Shown here: piece by piece, positions 29,610 to 37,041 of the stretch
Layout: every line of letters begins with the position of its first letter
How positions within the stretch are numbered: the first letter of the stretch is position 1
DNA from: a virus
Lineage: Duplodnaviria; Caudoviricetes
Direction: 5' to 3' (one strand)
Length of the DNA stretch: 64,000 bases
IMG/VR virus record: IMGVR_UViG_3300028603_000017
Coordinates: 32,001-96,000 of that record
Translations under genes and position numbers: made by a program
The notes under the pieces: generated by a model
Databases searched by the model: none
The model's input: only the letters and a program-made list of their open reading frames with translations
Told to the model about the DNA's origin: nothing

Positions 29610-29649
29610 CATACTCCCAGTAGGTATTAACCTACTGGGAGCTATGCCG
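29610..29649. terminator. CATA/TATG-family hairpin (copy 9)
   Basis: cata-ctcccagtaggt/acctactgggag-c-tatgccg. Confidence 0.8.
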
Positions 29650-29669
29650 TTAAAAAGTAGATTCAAAAA

Positions 29670-29697
29670 TATTTCAGTCACATATTGTAAACGTGAA
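29670..29697 (+). promoter_or_regulatory. Putative early (virion-RNAP) promoter
   Basis: tatttcagtcacatattgtaaacgtgaa aligns without gaps to 39313-39340; resembles the phiKZ early TATATTAC element. Confidence 0.6.
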
Positions 29698-29745
29698 TAG
29701 GAATACATATCTTCCGAAATCAACTCTTTAACCTGGAGAAAACAA

Positions 29746-29865
29746 ATGCAAGCCATCAAGAATTGGGGCAACAAGTTTGCCAAGCTGCCCATCGACAAAC
29801 AAGTCATTCTGGTTTGCGGCATCGCTTGTGCTGCTGGCTATCTCATCAATTCCATCAAGCGCTAA
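29746..29865 (+). CDS. 39-aa single-pass membrane microprotein (not in ORF track)
   Basis: RBS ggag; MQAIKNWGNKFAKLPIDKQVILVCGIACAAGYLINSIKR; C-ending codons. Confidence 0.7.
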   Translation: MQAIKNWGNKFAKLPIDKQVILVCGIACAAGYLINSIKR

Positions 29866-29896
29866 TCTAGCGCTCGACTCAAAAAGGAAAAAAACC

Positions 29897-30085
29897 ATGA
29901 ACTACGAAAACATGACCGACGAAGAAATCGCTGCGGACACTGCTGCGAAGCTGGAGTACTGCGATCCCAAAAAGAACAAGAACTGGAACCGTGCTCTGTT
30001 CTGTGTTCGTATGCTCGCTGACGCTAACATCTACCTGGCTTGCGTCAGCTTGGGCATCACGCTGCACAAGGTCATCAAAGGCTAA
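29897..30085 (+). CDS. 62-aa protein with a hydrophobic C-terminus
   Basis: RBS aagga; MNYENMTDEEIAA...NIYLACVSLGITLHKVIKG. Confidence 0.7.
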   Translation: MNYENMTDEEIAADTAAKLEYCDPKKNKNWNRALFCVRMLADANIYLACVSLGITLHKVIKG

Positions 30086-30123
30086 GTCTACCCACATCAA
30101 TCAAACCTCTGAAAGAAACTACC

Positions 30124-30279
30124 ATGACCCGTGAACAACTCATTAACGTAAACAAGATCGCCACCAATCAAGCTAAGAACCTCAAGACCAAGAAGAAAAT
30201 CATCGTCCTCTATGGCGCGGTGGCTTTGGCCACCACCAGCGTGCTGACTTTCTTGATCTACAAGGATTTGAAGAGCTGA
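30124..30279 (+). CDS. 51-aa tail-anchored membrane microprotein
   Basis: Leader gaaagaaactaccATG; KKKIIVLYGAVALATTSVLTFLIYKDLKS. Confidence 0.7.
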   Translation: MTREQLINVNKIATNQAKNLKTKKKIIVLYGAVALATTSVLTFLIYKDLKS

Positions 30280-30376
30280 ATCTCTCACCGTGAGCAAGAC
30301 CAAGTCTCACGGTGATTGGAATACCAATCCAACCATCGTGGGATTTACTTCCCAAAACAATTCTAGGAGAACTACC

Positions 30377-30520
30377 ATGTTTGAACAACGTCCCTTTGAG
30401 ATCCTCTTGACCTACTTGGCCGCCATGGCCATCGGCTCCATCGCTACCGTGGGTTTCCGCTCTTACGTGGACTGGAAAATAAAGCAAGCCAAAAAGGATT
30501 GCAATGAGCAAAAAGTCTAA
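30377..30520 (+). CDS. 47-aa single-pass membrane microprotein
   Basis: RBS aggag; MFEQRPFEILLTYLAAMAIGSIATVGFRSYVDWKIK... Confidence 0.7.
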   Translation: MFEQRPFEILLTYLAAMAIGSIATVGFRSYVDWKIKQAKKDCNEQKV

Positions 30521-31538
30521 CACAACCAATGCTCGTAAGTTCTATCGTCGTCGCCAAATTTTGAAAGAGGAGCTCGAAATGGCAAAGAAAAACTGCAAGA
30601 AGCAAGCGATCAAAGGGTTTTCGCAACTGGAGAGCATGAATTTGCAGTCCATGCTTGCTGAAAAGCAGATCGCTGAAAACGGAGCTGACAACTTCGAATT
30701 CATTGCTGAGTGCGATGGAGTGCGTGCGAGCTTTTCGATCAATATTCCGATCGACAAAAATAAGCCCTTTCCAGAGGATCTTCTTCGGGAAGTGGTAACC
30801 TATGGTGTTTGCTGCAAAGACAGCGAATTCCATCTGATGGAAACGATGCTCAAGAGCATCGACCACAGTGGTGTGCAAACCATGGTTCAGAATTTCGTGA
30901 TGTATGCCAACGACATGCGTAAGGAGTTCGAGAGTATGGAATGCTCGAAATCCCAAACGATCGAGTCCTTGGATCAATTGAACGAAAAGCTGAAGGATCT
31001 CGCACCCAACTCCATCTACATCGCCCAGCGCAATAAGCGCCAAAACCAAACTCAACCCAACCAGGAGCTCAACATGGAAAACCAAACCCAACAACCCCAA
31101 GTCGAAGAAATCCAAGCCACCGCAGCCGAGGCTGGTGAGCCGGTCACCCAAACCGTGAGCACCGAAGAAGCTGCAACCACCAATCCCCAACCCGAAACCA
31201 CCATCATCAAGGAAGAAACCATGACCGACAACGTCAACCAGACCATCAACGAAGCTGCCGCTGCTGCTTACAATGCTGCCAAGGCTGCTGCTGACGCCGC
31301 CAGCTCCGCTGCCGATACGACCAAGGAAACCACCAACAAGACCAAAGCCGTTACCACAAAGGCTGCCAAAGAAACCAAGGGCTTCTTCGCTCGCCACCAA
31401 AAGAAGCTCTACATCGGTCTGGGTCTGATCGGTCTGGGCGGCGCTGCCTACTTCGGCTGGAAGAAGTTCGGCAGCTTGATCGATGCGGGTGAAACCGCTG
31501 TCGAAGTGGTGGTCGATACCGCTGGTGCTGGCAGCTAA
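30504..31538 (+). CDS. Membrane-anchored protein with probable internal starts at 31074 and 31221
   Basis: C-terminal TM KKLYIGLGLIGLGGAAYFGWKK; in-frame ATGs preceded by aggag and aaggaa RBSs. Confidence 0.7.
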   Translation: MSKKSNTTNARKFYRRRQILKEELEMAKKNCKKQAIKGFSQLESMNLQSMLAEKQIAENGADNFEFIAECDGVRASFSINIPIDKNKPFPEDLLREVVTYGVCCKDSEFHLMETMLKSIDHSGVQTMVQNFVMYANDMRKEFESMECSKSQTIESLDQLNEKLKDLAPNSIYIAQRNKRQNQTQPNQELNMENQTQQPQVEEIQATAAEAGEPVTQTVSTEEAATTNPQPETTIIKEETMTDNVNQTINEAAAAAYNAAKAAADAASSAADTTKETTNKTKAVTTKAAKETKGFFARHQKKLYIGLGLIGLGGAAYFGWKKFGSLIDAGETAVEVVVDTAGAGS

Positions 31539-31578
31539 CCAACCCCAATTTATCTAGCTAACAACTCTAGATAGATTA

Positions 31579-31642
31579 ACATATATACAGCAGGAGTTCC
31601 TTTGAACTCCTGCTGTGTTATATGAATTATCTTTTTTTTTTG
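31579..31642 (+). terminator. CATA/TATG-family hairpin (copy 10) with T-tract, closing the early island
   Basis: acatata-t-acagcaggagttc/gaactcctgctgt-gt-tatatg, then a T10 run. Confidence 0.8.
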
Positions 31643-31694
31643 TTTATTTTCACTTACACACTATGCGATTATCTGATGTCTTAATATTCAAAAA

Positions 31695-31841
31695 GTGTGT
31701 CACTTCTTTGTGAGAGATGGTAAAATCGAATACTGTAGTGATAGTATTCATGATCTAAAAGGTAAAACTGTAGATATGGTACAAAAGTATAAATATTATA
31801 GTTTAGGACAGGGTGGGCTCCCCTGTCTTCTATTATCATAA
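31695..31841 (+). pseudogene. C-terminal remnant resembling DUF6527-type small Cys/His proteins
   Basis: VCHFFVRDGKIEYCSDSIHDLKGKTVDM fits the recalled pattern CH.FV.DG.I....D..H.L.G.TV.L; the N-terminal half is missing (stop upstream). Confidence 0.5.
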
Positions 31842-31866
31842 TGGGTGTGGAAACAAGGTAACCAAA

Positions 31867-33093
31867 ATGAGTTTTGCTAAACGATTTAATCTAGCTGCCG
31901 CTTTAGAACAAGTTACAGCTGAGTGTGATCCTGCTGAAGTCTTTGAAGATAACATTGATGCAGGTCTGGATGATCTAGAAGAACTACAAGAAAGCGTTGA
32001 GTTTTCTGTAGATGAAATAGGTAAAGGTCTAGAAGGTATTGCTGACCTAATTGGTCTATCCAATAAGCTCCAAAACAAAGAAGGTTGTGGTGTTGCTATT
32101 GAGAGCTATAGTGATATGGCCAATATTGCTTATGCTTCTATTCTAAAGCGTATTGGTTTAGAAGACGGTGAAATCTTTGACAAAGATGATCCTACTGGTA
32201 AAGATGCTAAAGATATTACTCCTAAGCCTAGTGGTAAGATCAAGCAAATGGTAGAAAAGATCATTGAGATCGTTAAGCGTATTTGGGAAAAAGCTAAAGA
32301 ATATTTTAAGAAAGCTTTTGACTATGTCAGCAATAGAATCAATAAAACGATTAAGTATTTAGAAGATCTTAATGATTCTGCAAAGATTGCTGTTTTAAAA
32401 GCTGCTAGTATTCCCAATATTGAGATTGAGAATCCTGCTTTCTTTACTGATAAGAAATTAATTACAGTCGGTGATGTATTTGAATCGACATACCTAAGTG
32501 ATTATGGTAAGAATTCAGATAAAATTGGTAAACATTTTGAAGCTTATGCATTTGCCAAATCTGTGTACACCCCTGATCAAGCTCAAAATCTCTTAAATAG
32601 GCTAAGTGGTAAAAGAGAAAAAGACGGACTTTATGTTACTCCGGAAGGTTATATTCATATTGAAGAACCATCCGGAGACGATGGTGTAACTAAAATTAGT
32701 TTCTCAAAAAACAAAGAAGAGCAGCCAGTAGCTAAACAAACTCTTGGAATGATTGCTAAATTTCCAGCATCTATTGATATTACATTAGATATCTTTAACT
32801 CGATTCGTAAACGTTATAATGATTTTTATAAAGAAGCTGAGAGAAAAATAAATGAAGAAATTCCTGACTATTTAGCTCTTCTTCAAAGCAATATTAAGAA
32901 TTCTAAAAATGAAGAGGATGCACAAAGATCTATAGACGTAGCTAGACGTATTAAACAAAACTTAACTTATCTAACGTCTATCAGAAATATGCATAACTCT
33001 TATACAGGTGATTTGGTATTCATGATTAACTACTATGTTAGTTTTATTAAAAAAGCTGCGGATGTTAATCAAGCCAAAAAAGCCACAGCTTAA
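31867..33093 (+). CDS. Dispersed phiKZ-like internal head protein paralogue
   Basis: True start MSFAKRFNLAAALE, with 24 bp identical to the start of 21073; VAIES site; IIEIVKRIWEKAKEYF amphipathic helix. Confidence 0.8.
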   Translation: MSFAKRFNLAAALEQVTAECDPAEVFEDNIDAGLDDLEELQESVEFSVDEIGKGLEGIADLIGLSNKLQNKEGCGVAIESYSDMANIAYASILKRIGLEDGEIFDKDDPTGKDAKDITPKPSGKIKQMVEKIIEIVKRIWEKAKEYFKKAFDYVSNRINKTIKYLEDLNDSAKIAVLKAASIPNIEIENPAFFTDKKLITVGDVFESTYLSDYGKNSDKIGKHFEAYAFAKSVYTPDQAQNLLNRLSGKREKDGLYVTPEGYIHIEEPSGDDGVTKISFSKNKEEQPVAKQTLGMIAKFPASIDITLDIFNSIRKRYNDFYKEAERKINEEIPDYLALLQSNIKNSKNEEDAQRSIDVARRIKQNLTYLTSIRNMHNSYTGDLVFMINYYVSFIKKAADVNQAKKATA

Positions 33094-33099
33094 TTAACA

Positions 33100-33145
33100 C
33101 GACATACACTCCAGGCAGATTAAACCTGCCTGGAGTGTATGTTGC
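33100..33145. terminator. CATA/TATG-family hairpin (copy 11), between convergent genes
   Basis: 17-bp stem acatacactccaggcag/ctgcctggagtgtatgt. Confidence 0.8.
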
Positions 33146-34303
33146 TTAATTTTTATCTAACATCTTTATCAGAACATTAAAATTTCTTTCTTCATATTTA
33201 ACAGTATGATGATCTTCTACCCAAGAGCCTATATTGAAAAAGAAATCATCTATTCCATAAAGATGTTCTGGAACACCTTCACTAAACTGAAAAATTACAT
33301 CATCAATGTCGTCTATGAGATTATCATAGATGTCTGTAGACTTTTTCATGATTGCAGAACCACGTCTTGGATCTACAGTATCGATCATATCCTTAATACT
33401 AATAAGGACATTGACTATATCGATATTTACCTCAATGTGTTTAATTAGGTTTTGTTTAGAAACAGTTAAATCTTTAGTATTTAATGGACTCTCTACATCA
33501 AACCACACCTCTAAGATGGGTGAACAATTGAAATCTAAATATTGAGTTAAATTCTTAGTTAGTTTACCATAATCTGTTTCACCCACTAGTGATGAATCAA
33601 AAGTAGTAATACTAAATACTTTATTTCTATCTACTAGTTTGTACGATTCAATAGAGTTATTGTTGTTTTTTTCTTTAGTTTTAGTTAGATTTGGTTGTGA
33701 TAATAAATTTTCTTTAATTCTAAAAAAACTTAGAATAAGATCTGCTGTTTGTTTATGTAATTTTTTATCAGCTTCTTTTTCTTCAACAAAATCAGTATTA
33801 ATTATCTTCTGACCTAATTTATGAACAGAATCTAAAAATTTAGGAACTTTCTTGTAATATTGTTCTATTGATTTTAAAGAATTAAGTAAGATATTCAAAC
33901 TATAGGTATAATCTTTAATATCAGTCAAATGATCAGGTATTGTTAATTTTAATTCTAAATCATTTTCTTTAATTTGTTTGACTTGTTGTAGAGTCTCAGA
34001 GAATTCCTTACTAAGACTTTTTAAAGTATCGTATTGATTTTCATGCTCTTTAATTTGTTTGATTTGTTCTAGAGTCTCAGAGAATTCCTTACTATGATTA
34101 TTTGTTTTTGTAGGAACAGACTCAACATGTTCTTTACTTGTATTCTTTGACTTAAACATATCAAAGAAACCTTCTTTGGATATTCCGTGCTTTATTTTAC
34201 GCTTTATTTTATTTATTCGCTTCTGATCAATGCGAATATCTGCAGCTTCGTTATTTATTTCTTCTAACGCTTGCGCTAGCGTGATTCTGGTACGAGTATT
34301 CAT
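33146..34303 (-). CDS. Putative internal head (ejection) protein with a short propeptide
   Basis: AQALEE and GISKEGFFDMFK; related to the C-terminal domain of 10224..12311. Confidence 0.65.
   Translation of the reverse strand: MNTRTRITLAQALEEINNEAADIRIDQKRINKIKRKIKHGISKEGFFDMFKSKNTSKEHVESVPTKTNNHSKEFSETLEQIKQIKEHENQYDTLKSLSKEFSETLQQVKQIKENDLELKLTIPDHLTDIKDYTYSLNILLNSLKSIEQYYKKVPKFLDSVHKLGQKIINTDFVEEKEADKKLHKQTADLILSFFRIKENLLSQPNLTKTKEKNNNNSIESYKLVDRNKVFSITTFDSSLVGETDYGKLTKNLTQYLDFNCSPILEVWFDVESPLNTKDLTVSKQNLIKHIEVNIDIVNVLISIKDMIDTVDPRRGSAIMKKSTDIYDNLIDDIDDVIFQFSEGVPEHLYGIDDFFFNIGSWVEDHHTVKYEERNFNVLIKMLDKN
33966..34094. repeat. Intragenic direct repeat, 2 x 48 bp, 81-bp period
   Basis: 33966-34013 vs 34047-34094 with 2 mismatches; encodes SKEFSETL.Q.KQIKE twice. 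Confidence 0.85.
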
Positions 34304-34370
34304 TATTATCTCAAAAAAAAAATATTACTCTATCGTTTTTCGTTAGTGAAAAGTTAGATCATAGTATTCA

Positions 34371-34640
34371 ATGATCTCTATACTTCTCTACCATATCCAC
34401 AGTCTTACCCTTGGTGGAAATACATCAAATACACCGTCTTATAATAATAGAGTCTGTATTGGTGGTCCTAATGCTGCTGTGCAATCTTATATCCCTGCCT
34501 CATTAGCTACTTTAATGATAGGTACCAACAAGGTATCTACAGAAAACGAAATAAATAAACTATTTGGTTATTATGCTCATTATTATGCTTTAACTGATCT
34601 ATTACCTAGCTATCATCCTTATAAAACTACTTCACCATAA
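34371..34640 (+). pseudogene. Orphan C-terminal fragment of a LamG/lectin-like virion domain
   Basis: Ends NKLFGYYAHYYALTDLLPSYHPYKTTSP, matching the recalled K.EGYLAHKWGL...LP..HPYK..AP terminus; only 89 aa. Confidence 0.5.
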
Positions 34641-34642
34641 CA

Positions 34643-34684
34643 CCATATATTCCTAGGTGGATTAATCCACCTAGGAATATATGG
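34643..34684. terminator. Perfect 42-bp palindrome (CATA/TATG family, copy 12)
   Basis: ccatatattcctaggtggatt|aatccacctaggaatatatgg, between convergent frames. Confidence 0.85.
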
Positions 34685-34694
34685 CATCAGTTAT

Positions 34695-36227
34695 TTAAGT
34701 ACCTTCAAATTCCCAAAAAGGTGTTTCCTCTCCAGAGCCTACTGGTCCACCACCTACTTTCTTACAATGTGTAGGAGGACCGTCTAAATCATCATGAATA
34801 GCACCTACATCGTGAAATGGATATACCAAGTATTTATCCTCATCTTCAATTAAAGTAGGAATACGATGTTTACCACGTTGAATAGTTAAATAACTCTTTC
34901 TATTTTTCTTTTCAATATGAATATAGAGTTCTCCATCGACTTCTTGGTCAATGGTCTTACATTTGTCGTAATAGCCTTTGTTAGCAATTTCTTTAACAAA
35001 ATCACCTCTACCATCACGGATGAGTTGTTTAGCTTCTGTACTCAACTGATGAGGACTGATAAATAAGATTGAGCGAACACTCATAAAGTTACGAATTCTT
35101 CTCCACATGTCTCTAACATCAGATCCCATAGGACCAATACTACAGCCAGTTGTTGGTAGCATAGCTAGATAATCTACCATACATAAGTGAACTTCATATC
35201 CTTGAGATTCTAGCTCAGTAATATAGTTACAGATATGCATGTATGTCCATTGAGTTGGATCTACACGCATCATCTTAATATGGTAACCGTTTACCTCTAG
35301 CTTTTCTCTAACGTATTTAGCCATAGTAGCGATATCGCTACTACCTGTAATACATTTTTCTTTTGTTTCGTTTTCATATAAAGACTGATATAACCATTGT
35401 AGGTTTTTATCTAGATCGTCTTCAAATGAAATTCTAAGTAAAAGAGGCTTCTTACTAGGGTCTTTCATAATTGGTTTATTATACATCGCTATTTGCTTAA
35501 ATAGCGTCATACTAAAACCAGTTTTAAAGTTATGCTGTAAAGCACCAATAACCCAAGACTCTCCTCGCCTAAAACCACCTTGTAATAATTTATTTAGTCC
35601 TTGTAAGCCACTCTTTAGTACTGTTTTACCAGAACTATTTTCATTAACTACTTTAAATACTTCCTGAGTAGAATTCTCATCACCAATATCAATTGATGCT
35701 ACAACGCCTGGATCTTTTGATACAGCAGATACTTGGAATGGTTCTAGGTTAGCAATTAATTCTGATAGCCAAGACTGAACGTTCTTGATTTTATCTCTTT
35801 GGTGTCTGAAAGCATAAGCTGCTTTAGATAAAAATTCATCAACCTTCTGTTCTCGAAAATGGTTGTGAATAGATTTTTGAATATTGACAACAGTTCTTTT
35901 TATACTGGCTTCATTCATCTCAGGCTCAATAGCTGAGACAAAAGCTTCATTTAACTTATCATCATCGACGACATTGAGCTTTAATCTATTTAATAGCTCA
36001 GTCTTTTCATATTCATGATCAGGAGGATTCTCACACATCTCTAAAGCTGTTTGCTTTAGAGCGTAAAGAATATCTCTTTCTCTATTAAGAGATAAATTGA
36101 GTTCTGGTAGTCTGATATTTTCTAATACCGTGCGCACTAAGTCAGCACTATTAGAGTTTTTATTAGGAAGTAAACTCTCTCTATATAGGAGAGTAATTGA
36201 CTTTACTAGAAGAAGTTTGTTATCCAT
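34695..36227 (-). CDS. dnaB: DnaB-like (SF4) replicative helicase (phiKZ gp118-like)
   Basis: GGFRRGE, Walker A GALQHNFKT, ISFED, Walker B MVDYL, SPHQL and RGKHR motifs. Confidence 0.9.
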   Translation of the reverse strand: MDNKLLLVKSITLLYRESLLPNKNSNSADLVRTVLENIRLPELNLSLNRERDILYALKQTALEMCENPPDHEYEKTELLNRLKLNVVDDDKLNEAFVSAIEPEMNEASIKRTVVNIQKSIHNHFREQKVDEFLSKAAYAFRHQRDKIKNVQSWLSELIANLEPFQVSAVSKDPGVVASIDIGDENSTQEVFKVVNENSSGKTVLKSGLQGLNKLLQGGFRRGESWVIGALQHNFKTGFSMTLFKQIAMYNKPIMKDPSKKPLLLRISFEDDLDKNLQWLYQSLYENETKEKCITGSSDIATMAKYVREKLEVNGYHIKMMRVDPTQWTYMHICNYITELESQGYEVHLCMVDYLAMLPTTGCSIGPMGSDVRDMWRRIRNFMSVRSILFISPHQLSTEAKQLIRDGRGDFVKEIANKGYYDKCKTIDQEVDGELYIHIEKKNRKSYLTIQRGKHRIPTLIEDEDKYLVYPFHDVGAIHDDLDGPPTHCKKVGGGPVGSGEETPFWEFEGT

Positions 36228-36312
36228 TAGCTTAAATCTAATCGTTTTTAATTTGTTTAACTACCTATGAGGTGCAAAGGATTATTGTAGATATTAAAAA
36301 ATTATTATTCAA

Positions 36313-36345
36313 TAGTATGATAAAATTTTACAATTAGTATGATAA
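36313..36345 (+). promoter_or_regulatory. Tandem TAGTATGATAA, candidate late promoter for the capsid operon
   Basis: 11-mer at 36313 and 36335; contains the TATG core reported for phiKZ late promoters. Confidence 0.35.
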
Positions 36346-36361
36346 CTAATATCTCACAGAG

Positions 36362-36976
36362 GTGTGTGTGAACAACAACATTATTTTCGTTCCATATTGG
36401 ATTGAGAAAGCTCTTAGCAGGAATCAACATACCCTAAGAGATATCATTGATTATTCTGTTTTGAGAAGGTATATTTCTCAAAACGACTTATCTGGATTAC
36501 TTGGTTTTCAACAAGTACCAGAAATCAGCAAGTTAACTAGTGGCAATTCCTATAACAAAAAGGATGCTGCCATTAGTGAAGCTGTTGGTTCACATTCTCT
36601 GCTTAGCAGATGGGAAGAAAGCGCAGGACAGCGCTATAAGGAAGAACTGGATTCAACCGTTGTCCCAATGTCATATAGCTTAGAGAAAGAAACGCTGGAG
36701 AGATTAAAATCTAATCTTGATAGCGCCGATATCACGGGACCTACTTTTAAGGTTATTGATATTGATAAGAATAGCATGGTGGTTGTTTTATATGAGGGTT
36801 TTCTTGAGGAAATTAAAAAGCCTGAAGTAAAATACTCTTTGGTAAAGCAGCTTTTGGTGTTATCTTATGTATACTGCAAAGTCGAACAAGTCGCTAAGAC
36901 ACCTTTATTTAGCACTTATGTCGATTTACTCCAGCTATCTACGGCAGGAGCTAGTGCAGTTGCGACAGTAGAATAA
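36362..36976 (+). CDS. Capsid-associated protein (phiKZ gp119-like)
   Basis: Lies between the helicase and MCP, as in phiKZ. Confidence 0.6.
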   Translation: MCVNNNIIFVPYWIEKALSRNQHTLRDIIDYSVLRRYISQNDLSGLLGFQQVPEISKLTSGNSYNKKDAAISEAVGSHSLLSRWEESAGQRYKEELDSTVVPMSYSLEKETLERLKSNLDSADITGPTFKVIDIDKNSMVVVLYEGFLEEIKKPEVKYSLVKQLLVLSYVYCKVEQVAKTPLFSTYVDLLQLSTAGASAVATVE

Positions 36977-37041
36977 AAACTCTCAGCTGAGTATTTTTTA
37001 AAAACTATCTTTCTTCTTATTCTCCTTAAGGAAAATATAAA

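Noticed and set aside
29879-31548. Antisense ORFs (including 318 aa at 30444..31400) over the early island
   Set aside because: Mirror frames of C-ending sense codons; the RBSs, promoter and terminator all support the + strand.
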